From Podarcis liolepis (taxonomy: Eukaryota), in NCBI GenBank assembly GCA_965112155.1, contig OZ218109.1: 64,000 nt of DNA, one strand, 5' to 3'. A program made the position numbers and the translations under genes. Numbering within the stretch: the stretch's first letter is position 1; the number at the start of each line of letters is the position of its first letter. The notes below the pieces were generated by a model. That model was given only the letters and a program-made list of their open reading frames with translations, was not told the DNA's origin and ran no database searches. Of the stretch, positions 14,458 to 27,790 are shown in pieces.

Positions 14458-14982
14458 CCGTATTTTTCGCCCTATAGGACGCACTTTTTCCCCTCCAAAA
14501 ATGAAGGGGAAATGTGTGTGCGTCCTATGGGGTGATTGCAGGCTTTCGCTGAAGCCTGGAGAGCGAGAGGAGTCGGTGCTCCAGGCTTCAGGAGAGCCCC
14601 ACCGCCAGCCCCACAAGCTCTGGAGACAGCGGGGAGGCGGAACGCCGCCATCCCGCTGTCCCCCGACTGGTTTGGAGGCTGGCGGCGGGGAGAAGAGTGC
14701 TTCTCCCTGCCACCAGCCCCACAAGCTCGGGGGACACCGGGGAGGCGCAGCGCACCATCCCGCTGTCTCCCGACGTGGTTTGGAGGCTGCCGGCGGGCTT
14801 CCCCCGACCCCAGCCCCGCAAGCTCCCAGAGCTGCCTGTTCTGGGGGTTGTGGTCGGCGGAAGCTCAGGCTTCCCCCACCCCAGCCCCGCACCTGGGGAG
14901 GGGGAATTTCCTTTATTACCCCCCCAAAAAAAATCTAGGTGCGTCCTATGGGCCAGTGCGTCCTATAGGGCGAAAAATACGG
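14458..14982. mobile_element. Tc2/pogo-like non-autonomous DNA transposon (525 bp, GC-rich)
   Basis: Perfect 28-bp TIR CCGTATTTTTCGCCCTATAGGACGCACT; TA TSD; explains the cluster of spurious ORFs at 14444-15134. Confidence 0.92.
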
Positions 14983-16477
14983 TATTTTATAATAAACCTG
15001 CAGTATTAGCCAATGAATATCCCCCACCGCCCTGTACAAAATCACATTCATTGCTGCATTTGTGTTTGCCTCTGGCCTCACCCACCACTGGCCTGTGGGA
15101 GGTTGTCCAGAATGGAATCTGGTTCCCCAGCTGAAAAAAATGTTCCCCATCCATTTCTAAGCCATACTTTGTTTTAAAACATGGCTTAATCGTGAATGTG
15201 ACTCCTAGCCTACTGTGTGACGCACCCCACCTCTGGTGGGTGCTATGTGCAGCACAAAGCAAGCTATTGTATGGCTTATCAGATCAAGTAAATCTAATTT
15301 GTGTCAAATGTTTGTTATTGGCTTATTTCTAGCTTACCATTCATTTGTATGAAATATGACAAGCCATGTTGTGGCTCGTTTGTGCCACACACAGCATTGT
15401 ACAGAGGTAAGGTCATGTGTTTAAAATCAACTATGGCTTAGCATGACATGCAAACTTAGCTCTTCTGGGGGGGGAAAGGTCACCTGAATCCACTGGCATG
15501 TTAAGACTTTAATCATGAGAAAAAATGGTAAAGAATGGAAGACTAGGTTTCCTTCAGGCTATCTGGAGGATAATATACTTTTGTTCTATATAGGTCTTAA
15601 GGTTTGAGTGTTGACCTCCCAACTTTATGAAAGCATGCATTGTATAAAAAGATCTGTCTATCATCAAAGACAAGAGGTTAATTTATTTACCTACCAGGTC
15701 CAAGAAGATAATGCAACTACATTATAAAAGGATATATTTTTAGTAACATACTTTTCATTGTAAACAATTCAATGTGACTTTGAAAGTCAACGAATATAGA
15801 AGGAGTGTATTTTGTGTCAACTGGAAATGCTAATTTATATTAAAATGTCATGTTAGAAGAATATATGTCTCTCAGAAAATCTGTTCCATGCTGTTTCTCT
15901 GTTCCTATTCTGCTATATTCAGTGCTCCTTTTCAACTTTAAAATGATGCTACAGTGAAAAATGTTAATATAGAGCTTCACAGTCTAAGTGTTGGCTTCAT
16001 TATGACATTTTTATTTTAAAAAATTCTAAAATGACCTTCATCCAGACAGATCCTAGGTAGGTATATAAAAATTATAGTTTAGTGGGCTTACTTGTAAATA
16101 CTGGCATGCAATCCTTAAAAGTTACTTTACCAAGGTATTTGAAACCTTATGCCATATAATTTATAAAACAAAAGATAGGCATCTGTTCAACATATGATTT
16201 TAGAACATATTTGATAGTTCCATTTTCACAAGCACACAAAGGCACTTTGTCACTAACCCTTTTCCATTTAAAAGGAAGGGAACTTCCATTGGTCATTAGG
16301 ACTGATGTCTAATTATTGATTCAAAGAGGAAGAACATTTTTTAAAAAAACTTTAAAAATATCTTTGAGGCATTGCATTCTGAAAACAAGGTCATCTGTAT
16401 CACAGGCCACAACCCATGTATATTATTAATAAGGCAACTAATGGTTAGGAAATGGATTCTGAAAATGGACAACTCAC

Positions 16478-16587
16478 CTGTAGTGTAGTGTCAAAGACCA
16501 CAAGCTTTGAGCTTGTTGGAACAATATCATAACACTTATGTGACCTCATGAATCGCATGTAGATATCACTTTCTGATTCGCCAACAG
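16478..16587 (-). CDS. PRKAG2: PRKAG2 exon 6 (110 bp), (x)[36 protein letters not shown]
   Basis: Acceptor CTTACAG, donor GTGAGT; begins in phase 1. Confidence 0.98.
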
Positions 16588-16855
16588 CTGTAAGAAAAAC
16601 AATTTTTTTTAAAAAAATAAAAATGCCTCAAACCATATGAATGCTATTCTAATTTAAGGAAGGAAAAAGTGGAATCCTCAACAACATTTCTACTGCAATA
16701 GTCATATAAACGTGGGCATAATTTTTAAAGTTATTGATGAGAAAAATCAATGAACAAATTTAGTGGGTACAGAGCTCCAGAATGAGGCAGGTTCACTTCC
16801 CTGATGAAAGGCAAACCCCAGCAAGAAAGCAGAATGCCTGGAGAGTAAGCAGTGA

Positions 16856-17160
16856 GATGTTCCTCCACAACAGGTCTGAGAATATTGATTGGAATGACTA
16901 CACATGTGAAAAGGAATTTACCTATGGAAATTAAAAAGAACATTGTTTGTAAAGATGATTTATTGGCAGTGGTGAGAATGGATTACATCTAGCGAAGATT
17001 TTAAGTGGATTTCAAGAAAAAAGGATGTGGCAACAACAGAGGAGAAGGACATATGTTGGCAACAGGAGCGGGAAACTTCATTTTTAAAAATTGTATTAAA
17101 TTTAATTAGGTTTGATTTGTATTAATTTGCAAAACTAATAAAAATAATTTGAAAAAAGAA
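16856..17160 (+). mobile_element. 5'-truncated retroposed insert (L1/Tx1-like 3' end)
   Basis: AATAAA at 17137-17142 plus A-rich tail; 15-bp TSD GA(G/A)AGTAAGCAGTGA at 16841-16855 and 17161-17175. Confidence 0.72.
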
Positions 17161-18856
17161 GAAAGTAAGCAGTGAACCTTTAATGAGAAGTTGAGACAGC
17201 CGTTTTTCTATGGTATGATATGTTTCAGCATATTAACAAACATAATCAGAACCATGTACTTCCTGCATGCATAAGAATTCAGAGCAGACTACTAGGCACA
17301 TAAACAGCCCAAGTGGACTCCCAGCGTGACAAACACCTGCCTGAAGGTTCCCTCAGCTTTGCTATGATTTGCACCTCTGGTTTCATGTTGCACGATTATT
17401 GCCATGTTGGGAAAAATGATACATAAAGCGGCCCTAATGTTACACCTGAATCAGCACCGATATTTAAAACCCAGTGTTTAAATATTCATGGCATTAAGTC
17501 CCAAATCAGATTGCTGTTGCAGTTTTGGGGCGACAATGCAGAAGAGAGCAAAAAATATGAGTGGCTTCTAGAGGATGTCAACATGCCACACAACATTCCA
17601 GAATGGGCGAGTTGAGATGGAGCCACTTCACTATGCTTTGAGACAATATAAGTTAACTGCCAGCCATTGTTAGAATTTCTATCATGCTTTAAATCTTCTT
17701 CAGGTTGCTTGTCACAAGGTTACAAATTAAGCTTAGAATAATTCCGTTATTAAACTATTTCTCCACCATCACATCAGGTAATTCAGGAATCACCACACTG
17801 CCAATTGCCTTTCAATACATTTGTGAATATTTTATTTATTCTGGAAAACCTTTTCAGTTTGCTTCTAGATATGGTCAAGTTAGCCAATATCTGGGAGGGG
17901 CTCCCTTCCACAGACAAGGCTGGAATCTAAAATTGTGGCTATACCCAAGCCATATAAAGATCCGTTGCAGGTGGAATCCTACTGCACAATATTTTTGACT
18001 AACCATGTATACATAAAATCAGCATTGATTCTTAATCTAAAGCAATCATTCATATTAATCATCTGAACTCCAATAGTATAGATATTAAATGTGGGACAAA
18101 GCAAGGTTTATTATAATTTTTACTTATTCTAACACTAGGGACTAGAACCTTTTGCTATTACGGCTGAACTTCCCTGCAATGCCTTGCATTGTTTAGCAGG
18201 CTCTGGGAAGTGGATAATCTAAATGCACTTGGAAGAGGTTGAGTCTCTCATATGGCTATAGTTACAGCTGCAGTCACTTCAGTGCCAGATCTGCTCAAAT
18301 CCTGGCTTACAAGACATCACTTCCTTTTGCTATTAGAATCTGGACCTCGGCAGACATTTCAGGGGTAAATATTAAACGAAGATACTGTATCTTCGGAAAG
18401 TACATGGATGATATTATGCTAACTACACCAAAACCCATGGAAACAGCTCAAGCAATACAAGAACTTAAACCAACTTTGCCTCTGTCACAGGGTGTGTATT
18501 TCCAAAAAAACTGAGGCAGTATGTGTTCATATCCCTCCTCACACACAAAAATCAGTCAAGAGTTTATTGAATATTAAAATGCATTATGTGAAACTGAAAT
18601 ATCTAGGTATATTTATCACTATAAATTTGAACAGACTGTTCAAAACTAGATATTTTCGTGGTAATTAAAATGGTGACTCTTCCCAAGTTAACATACCCCT
18701 TTCAAGCTCTTCCAGTATGAATATTGCCTGTACAATCATGTCTATGGCAATAGAAATAGAAATGTAATTATTTTATTTTTGAACAATGTAAAATCCATGT
18801 TGGAAAGTTTCTTTATGTGGCCTATCATGACTGGGGCTGGAGAATCCTGAATTGTA

Positions 18857-19164
18857 AAGGTAAAGGTACCCCTGACCGTTAGGTCCAGTTGCGGACGACT
18901 GGGGTTGCGGCGCTCATCTCACTCTATAGGCCGAGGGAGCCGGCGTTTGTCCACAGACAGCTTCAGGGTCATGTGGCCAACATGACTAAGCCGCTTCTGG
19001 CGAAACCAGAGCAGCACACTGAAACACCGTTTACCTTTCCGCCGGAGCAGTACCTATTTATCTACTTTGATGTGCTTTCAAACTGCTAGGTGGGCAGGAG
19101 CTGAGACCGAACAACGGGAGCTCACCCCGTTGCGGGGATTCGAACCACCAACCTTCTGATTGGT
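18857..19164 (-). mobile_element. Sauria SINE, 5'-truncated
   Basis: (ACCTTT)n tail and typical body; 17-bp TSD GAGAATCCT(G/C)AATTGTA at 18840-18856 and 19165-19181. Confidence 0.92.
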
Positions 19165-19337
19165 GAGAATCCTCAATTGTACTACCTGGCAAATCAGCTT
19201 CACCATGCAATTCCAATTATCATGGATGATACAATGGGTTTGTATGCAATCTGAACAGATATAGGGTCTCCCCTTTCATGCCTTTTTGGACTCCAATAAT
19301 AAATTTCAAAACAACCCACATATACACAACAATTTTC

Positions 19338-19935
19338 TGTGGGATGTGAAACACAGGAGCAGTCAGTTACAACATTCCTAGAGTGTACATGTTTAGACAT
19401 GGGGAGGGATGTTTGTCCAGCCAGCAGGTAAACTTCCTGGGACAGACTTCCGCCGCATGGGACTAGAGGTGAGTGTGGCCTCACCTGTGCAGGTAATGAT
19501 AAAAGCACAGAGAGGGGCAGCCATCTCTCTCTCTCTTCTCTTCCTTCGAAGAAGCAACATCTGCTAAGATGCCCTCTTGGCTCCCAGCCAAGAGAGGACA
19601 AAGGGACTATCTTCGTACAAGATAGAATCCAAATGTATATTACTTTATTAAGCTGTCTGCCTTCTGGGATCTGATGTGAACAGAATGTGAGTAAACTCTT
19701 TTTATACTTTTGTAAAGGTCTGTGTCGTGTCTTGTATTTTAAGAGGGAATAAAGGGGAAATTACCAGAGTGATTATTATAGAGGTTCTAGCGAACCTGAG
19801 CAAACGCTACCATTGCAAATTTAAGATAAAGGGGAATGTTTTACTCTGCTGATATTTTGGGAACTTGTTAACACAAGTTGGATAAGGATATAATCAGTCA
19901 ATATATCCTCTCCTGCATCCCTGAACATCCCCACA
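19338..19935 (+). mobile_element. Solo LTR (598 bp)
   Basis: TG...CA ends with terminal inverted repeat TGTGGGATGT/ACATCCCCACA; 5-bp TSD TTTTC (19333-19337, 19936-19940); TATA-like GATAAAAG near 19498 and AGTAAA near 19690 suggest plus orientation. Confidence 0.8.
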
Positions 19936-20329
19936 TTTTCTCCAAACAGCAGTCCACTATTGGCTTAGAAAGGTGGCTGTACTTGCTGCAGCCCTATCCC
20001 CTTTAATTTGTTTGGTCTCCATCCCCTCTTTTATCACAAAAATCAAACTTACGATATAAGATGGTTGTGGACTGTAAGAGAATGTTTTACTTTTTTGTGT
20101 AGATAATGTTCCCATATTGGAGGACAAACTTAATGAAAGTCTACAAAAACTACATGTACCATGGCTTCTGTGGAGGCAGATCTCTACTTTTCTCTAAAGG
20201 TATTAGAGAGGCAGTAACATGTAAACTTTCAGAGTTTGAAGGTGTGGTGAAACACTGCAGTAGTAATATTAAGGGGTTGATTTTAGACTATCCAGTAGCT
20301 TACTGAAATCACAAGTGAACGGCACAGAA

Positions 20330-20770
20330 GGCCTTAAAATAATGTTGGAGCAAGAACTGGATTTGAAGCTGGAGGAACAGGAATGGCAGGCAAGATGGAA
20401 CAAATCCCCATGGTCCATCTCAGTTAGTGACTAAGAAAAAGCACTTAAAATGGTACGGAGGTTATCCTGTATAAATTATACACTATCACCATACTGTAGG
20501 AGGGGATGCCAGATAGTGTGTACTTAAAACATCTCTGGAGGGATTGTAGAAAAATATAAAAGTTCTGGCTCTCTGTGTTTAAAGAGATTAGCACACTTTC
20601 AAATTGTAACGTAACACCCACCCCACAACTAGCTCTTCCAAACATTTTTGAAAAGAATGATAAAGGATTATTTTTTAAGGAGTTGGATGCAGTACTGTTC
20701 CAGAGGAATTGCTGCAGGAAGATATACAGCCGGGGGGGGGGGCAGGCACTACCTCTAGAACAACGCTATA
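20330..20770 (+). mobile_element. Degenerate L1/Tx1 ORF2 C-terminal fragment
   Basis: HLWRDCRKI*KFWLSVFKEI...TPQLAL resembles the L1 zinc-knuckle region. Confidence 0.55.
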
Positions 20771-22610
20771 TCCTGACGCATCATCATTCAGGGTAGTACA
20801 GCAGCTAGTGGCAGAACAATTATTTTAAAAACTCCCCGCGAAGGCCACTGCTGCTGCTTCCACTACTTACAATTGTAAATCTGCATACATTTGTTTAGAA
20901 CCAAGCCAAAAATGCTGACCCACTTTCATGGCTTTTGAAGTGGGAAGGCATTTTTGGCTCAGTGCTACTTAAATATTGTTTTGCTACTAATGACCCAAAG
21001 AACAGCTATCTCTTCCCTCTACTTGCTCCTTCAAAATCTGATCTTTTTTGAAATACTGTAGCCACGTTTAACAAATGCCAATTTATTTAATTTGCAACTT
21101 GTATTTTCATATGGGTTACAAACAACACCTATAATCTCATTATCAAAATTTCTGGCGTTTAACCACTTACTTACACTACATAAAAATCACGCCCAACAAA
21201 AATCTTCCATCTGATAATCCCAAGTACTACTACTATATGGGTCAAACAGAATATTTTTTTGGTAAAACCCCTTTGTAACTCAACATTCCCGGTCTCATAT
21301 ATGTCATATATGATATACTTATGTATCTATCTGCAAGGAGGATGTTTTAGAGGACTTAGAGGAACCAATAGAAGAACAAGCATTTCAATTGAAATCAAAT
21401 ACTGATTTCCTCCAGACAGGAATTCAACTGCCCAATACTGACAATATGCAGAAAGTAAAAATGAGACATCTTTAAGAAACTGTTACTGTTCCCTTCCTAC
21501 TACAAGACATTTAATAATTCTACAGAGCTAAAAGTTACAATCAGTTATGCTCTAAAAACTGATACACATGGTATACCAGGGGTTGTGCTGAAGTACTTGT
21601 TCTGAAATTCAGGTAAGTCATTTCCACACCAGTGCTATTTCTCCCATCCATTTGCCTTGTAGTGATGAAAAGAGAAAAAATAAACTGAGAAACACCTTTA
21701 TTTTTAATTAAAACATTTTTATACCGCTCGGTGTTCAAACACCATGCTTGAATAATTATCAGTATTTCAAGAAGCATGTATAAATGACAGACAGCGCTGT
21801 AAGTAATTAGGTACAGTAGAACCTGGATTTAGTCAAGCCATGTAATGCATGCCTTTTCTGTTTTCTTCTGCAAAAGCAATTATGGTAAGTTGTGTAGTCA
21901 ACAGTATAGACACATCTGCATAAACATTGGTTAATATACCAATGAAGTGAAGAGTTTATATATAATCCAAAGTATAAATCAGGGCAACATTACAGCAATT
22001 GTTGTTTGCATTAATCCATAAATGAAGATTCAATGACTTGTGACTGGTTACTCATTAAGACTAGAAATACCATGAAAACAGCCTGGAAGAAAGTATTCCA
22101 TTTGTATACCTCCATCAAAGCTCAGGAGACTCCATGGGGAGGGAGATCATTTTATTTTATTCAACTGCTCTGTGAGGTAGGTACAGGTAAGAGACAATGA
22201 CTGGCCAAGGCAACTTAGTGAGTGAAACAGGAATCTAAACATGTTACCCACCTCAAACCCAAAATTCTAGAGGCAAAGCCAGACATGGATGATCAGTCAA
22301 CAGATCTCCACTCACCTTTTTCAAATCTTACGGTATAAAGCAACTTTTTCTCCCAGTCAATATTGCTCCAGTTATTAGCATCGCTTGCCTGGAAAAAAGC
22401 AAGTTCCTGTCCCCCACTGGACAGAATGAATTCCCAATTCAATCAGGAAATGATACAGGGAGAAAAGGTTAAATCCTTGCCCCTTCAGCTCTTTGGCACC
22501 AGTCAAATATGGTTCCTGCCCCCCTGCAGCTTTACCATAGATCTTGCATCTCATCTCGTTTAGTTACCTTATCACTACTGCATATTGCCTGCATGAATCA
22601 CTATTTAAAT

Positions 22611-22755
22611 TAGGAATGATGAACCTGTGGCCCTTCAGATGTTGAACTACAACAACTCCCATCATCCCTAATTATTGGCCATGCTGGCTGGCGTGATGGA
22701 TGTTTGTAGCAATGTTTGCAGCAATGTTTGTAGGGTTTCAGGCTCCACACTCTTG
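22611..22755. mobile_element. Older palindromic hAT-like MITE
   Basis: gaacctgtggcccttcagatgttg...actcccatcatccc...ggccatgctggctgg; related remnants near 8410-8537, 11915-11985 and 54561-54690. Confidence 0.6.
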
Positions 22756-25700
22756 ATTTAGGGATTGGGAGTGGCCTTTCCTCTAAGGAGGTCCAGGTGG
22801 AATACTCATGCAAACACAAGATGAAGCTACAGCACTCTGCTCCTCACATCTAAGTAAGGAGATGGTTTTAACGAAAGGGCAGTTTTATACAAAACAAGAC
22901 TACAAAGGGCAAACAAACAACACTCCCCTTTTCAGAAACCATTATTAGGCACACTTCAGGATTCCCTACAACTATCTTCAGCCCTGGTGAAGTTTTCCCC
23001 ATACACTGGAAAAAGCAATGGGACACCAAATATTCACATTCCATTGATTGCTATCACTGGTCTTTATTTTTCATTAAAAGATTAGAACCATATTGCATGA
23101 CAGGAGAACAAACAGTAATGAGACAAATACAGTGCAACTTCCTCCAGTAAATGGGTATTGCCTTAATATTGTTTCCTCAAATGTAGATATCAGGAGAACT
23201 ACTACTTGAGTGAATACTCACATAAGTGGACAGTGTGACTGTGACATGCAAAAAATGGAAGAGAAACAGCAGCTGTCACTATCTTAATCAGACAATAGGA
23301 CCACTATTTCCATTTAAGTCATATAAACTACCCAATTTTGGAAGTTGGATACTACGGCGCAGGTCTAATGTTTGTATTCAAGATGTTATTGGCAAGTGCA
23401 AAGAGCTCACACTACAATTCTACCTGGGAGCGAGCCCCAAGGAAGCCAGTCCCGTCATGTTCAAAAATTAATCAGAGAAAACAAAGCCCACCTGTCACTT
23501 AAGAATTCATAGCAAGTTTTTCTAACAAGAGGAAGTTTTTAGCTTAAGGCAAAAATGACTTACAGTACTAGTACTATACTTCAACACTTGGAGAGGATGT
23601 CAGCATCTCCCATTCCTTTTCTTCGATATAAGATTTAAACAAATTGCTCTGACAGCAAGAATTCAGTGTCAGAAACCTTTTTGTCCCTGGCCACCAATGT
23701 GTAAAAAGATATCTCAAAGAACAAATGCAGTTTTGTATATTGTCTACTGCTTCTTGTTCTTAAAACTGTGCTGATGAGAAATGGATGAAAGCCAACATTG
23801 CAGCAGAACCAGTTATCCAAGATAGACTTACAGCTCTGCACCAACCAGTTAACCAAAGTGATAGGCATATAGTTGATGCTTAATAGTTTTATTCTTAGAA
23901 ATGGTTTTGCAACCAAATTGAATTTTAGTCCAATTTGCTTTGAAAGCAAAGACACTAATTTCAGAACACATTAACACTGTAAGTTCAAACTATACTACAC
24001 AACAAACTGTTATTAAAGTTTCATGCCGAACAAACCAATATATCAGGACACTCAATCGTTAATAAAGGCAACTTTTAATAACTGAAAAGTCTGATATCAA
24101 GGAAAGGGACCAGTTTCCCAATTCTTCCTTCACATGATTATAAAAATTAAAACAATCAAATACATTGCTTACTAAGACAAGTACAGCTGTTGCTAACAAC
24201 AGTACTACTTTTGTCACTGAACCATTTTCAGCTATGAAGTATGGTAATAACCTTATTCTCAAGTAAACAGATTAATCCATTCTCAGAATCATATCTCTAT
24301 GGTGCTTTATAAAATTATTTTATACAGGTTGCCTACTGGGTGACATGAGCACCACATTTTTATTGGGAAGGTGGGCCAGAGAGAAAGCAGCTCTCTAGTT
24401 GGATGTATTGGTTCCATTTAATCAAGGCAGCAGTTCCTCTCCCTGTGAGCAGATATAATTTTCATGACTTCTATTCCAGAGCAGTCTCTAATTCACCCTC
24501 TTCTCGCTCATCTCCTGTGTGCCACTGGGGAGATGATTATGCATCATGGAAGCAAGTGGTAAAATTTCACTGGAAAAGATGTACGGTATCTCTTGTACAA
24601 AGGAAAACATTGCAGGTGTTTTCCTGGAGGGGGCGCAAACTAAGGGCTAGCTCTGCTTGTAAGATGTCTGTAGCGCTAAAACTCACAAACCTCTCAGGGA
24701 CAGAAATCTCATCTGATCATATATTTCAATTCCCCCAATCAAGATGGAGCGAGTGAACGCAAACATCAACTTATCTGTGTGAACAGAACAGTACTGGTGG
24801 CAGGGCAGAGTTTTAATTTATCTTAAGTGGGAATCAAGCAATTTTTGTTCTCCTCCCTCTTAGAAATAAACCTATTTTACACGAAGCATCAATTTGGCTA
24901 CAAGGTACATGCCCTGACCCTGAATGTCACAGTTCTTCATACAACCAATAGGGGAAAGGCTAGGCATAAGCAATGTGACTACTGACTTTTGATGAGAGTT
25001 GAAACTTGCTCCTGAACAGGATTAGAAATGGTGACAAAAACCTATTGTGAGTACAATGGACTTGTACAATATGTTGAGTACAATAGACTTGTACAATTGC
25101 ACCAAGTAATCTTTTTAACATAGCCAAGACCTCCTCATCTTGTGCCCTCTGCTACAAATTCTGGACAACAATTCCTGCCACAGGAGCTAACTCCTAGGGG
25201 CCAAGGTCCCTTCGCCCCCTACGAATAAAATATTTGAGGGGGCCAGGCCAAAAAGAATCTCTTGTATCCATTTACCGCTTTATCACAAAATGCTCAGCTG
25301 AAGAAGAGAAGACACTTTTGACATTCCTAATGCAGTCAAAGCTTAGACCAAGTGTTTTAGCATCTTTAAAGCACTAATTTAAATTGAAGATGCAGTTACT
25401 CGGAAGAGATAATACATAAAAGCAAACATAACCATTAGATCAGAAAGAGAGTCTTGCAGCTCTACTACCCACTAAAGTGTGATTCTGCAGTCATTCCATA
25501 GTGAGACCCATTAAGAAACTGGTCTTGTTGATGTTTCAAGCCAACACATAGCAATGATCAAAAGTCAGTCCTATCATTCATGAGGTGGTCCAGGAAACCT
25601 TCCAATGCAAAGTCGCATCAAGCTGCTGACAGCACAATCCTGTATGTATTTACTCAAAAGCTACATCCTACTGTGTTTAGGATTGCAGCCTGAGTCCACT

Positions 25701-27590
25701 AACTGTCCTCAAAGTCTGCTAATCACAGGAGGAAATGGAACAAGTTCTTAGGGGGAAAAACAGCTCTGTTGATTATAAAGCATTTTTTCTTTGTAAATAT
25801 GTTCTGGAAAACTGCTTTTGATTGTTGTACTGCCTATAACTCTTAAGAGTCTAACAAACTGAGTCACCCAAAATTGAAAAGAAAAATGAATCCTTTGTTA
25901 AAAGATCTTTTAAATAAGAAGCTCAGTTATGAGTGGGAATGCAAGAAGCATTATGTTGACTTGTCCATCTAATTAAGTAGGCTTTCTCAAAACAAAACAG
26001 ACTTTGAGAGTCTCTGTGCTGAAATATCCTTTAAGAGCTTTCTGTTATTTATACCATCTTTACGTGACATAGCAGTCACTCTATAGTATCTTCTATAACA
26101 AAAGTATATTGGGGAAAAATAAGCCTGTAGAAAATTTACAGAGGCTTAAATTTCCAAAACAAAATGTGGATATGAAGTTGTGTGAAGAGATTGCAGTCAC
26201 AACAGTGCACTTTGAACAAGTATTTTAATGGAGATCCATAGAAGATTATCTGCTCAGGAGAACTGTGAATATCTGCAGAACTAACTGTTCAGAGGTACTC
26301 TAAATGCCTCTAGGGGGCAAACAGTGAAGGTGCCAGATGTCCCTTATTTTAACTCACTGACCCTTAATCCAGAATACCACAGTCCATTAGAGCACAATAG
26401 CAATCCATCATGTCCGACACCACTGCTCAGAAGTGTTGCTTTTAAAAACAATTAGGTTTGGCAATCTCAATATGAGCTGCCCCCTCTTACAAAACTACAA
26501 ATAAAGAGCTATAGTGCCTAGGAAGGCCTGTGTATACATCAAAAGTTTATTTTGAGGTCTCAGCGTTGCATGTGGCAGGTTGCCTGTTTAGCCAGTTTTT
26601 AGATGGCTGTGTGAGAGAACACTTTTAGAACGCAACCGACACCAAAGGGCAACTAACTGATGGGATTAATGGTGCTGGAGGGAGAAATTTATTCCATGGA
26701 ACGAGAATAGACTGTGCACACAAAACATATCTATTCTATGGAAACAGGTAATTCCCATTTATGAGAATTGCTTGGAGAGGAAATAAGTAATTCTCGTTCG
26801 GGAATTGCTTGGGGAGAATTTCTGTATGGCAAGAATACAGAAATAGATTAAACCTGTTCTATTGGGCAGACTGCAGGATTGTCCCTGATCTACTAAATAA
26901 GTAATTGTTCTACTCACCCCTAGCCTCAATGCCATACTGTTTCAGAATAGCTACTTCACACAACTGTGTACTGACAGAACAGAAATGAATTTACCTTCTA
27001 GAACCACCCTCTCCAAATGCAAGTAGGGCACAGCATATAAAGGGTATTACCCAATGCCATAGAGAACAGGAATCAAGAATTTTTAGAGGAATAATTTTAT
27101 GAAATGCTACTTGTCATAACAGTGCTGCAGAGCGAAGGAAAGCTATCTCTGATGAAGTTTCCTTTCCCATAGAGCTATTAAAAGGTCCTCTTGAAGACCT
27201 TTTAATTAACACTGCTTTTAATTAATGTGTGTAGGTCTGTATTTTAATGCTGTTGCTGTTTTAATTATGCTTTTAGCTTTGACTGATTTTTTTTCAAATT
27301 ACTGTATGTTGAATTCTCTCTCTCTCTCTCTTTTTTAATAGTCCATTTTGATATGAACCTCCTCAGAAGAGTTTACCCTGTAAAGAGAAATACACATTCT
27401 GAAATAAATATATAGACCTAAGAACCCAGGCATGAAAGAGTTGATATTTTAGACTGTATGCTCCATGGGGACAGGGATACATCCTTTCACTTGTGAACCC
27501 ATGTACACGAACGGTACTGAAGAAACTAACTAATCCACATTAAACCACCTTGACTATGGCTGCGTATTCACCATACATTTAAAAGCACAC

Positions 27591-27790
27591 NNNNNNNNNN
27601 NNNNNNNNNNNNNNNNNNNNNNNNNNNNNNNNNNNNNNNNNNNNNNNNNNNNNNNNNNNNNNNNNNNNNNNNNNNNNNNNNNNNNNNNNNNNNNNNNNNN
27701 NNNNNNNNNNNNNNNNNNNNNNNNNNNNNNNNNNNNNNNNNNNNNNNNNNNNNNNNNNNNNNNNNNNNNNNNNNNNNNNNNNNNNNNNNN
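27591..27790. other. Assembly gap (200 N), probably hiding PRKAG2 exon 5
   Basis: Run of N abutting a CpG-rich block; exon 4 (phase 0 out) cannot join exon 6 (phase 1 in) in frame. Confidence 0.9.

Noticed and set aside
14444-15134. Cluster of 145-164 aa overlapping ORFs
   Set aside because: They fall in a GC-rich TIR-bounded MITE where stops are scarce; no transposase motifs.
25048-25097. 23-bp tandem duplication
   Set aside because: Ordinary slippage duplication, as at about 56303-56338.
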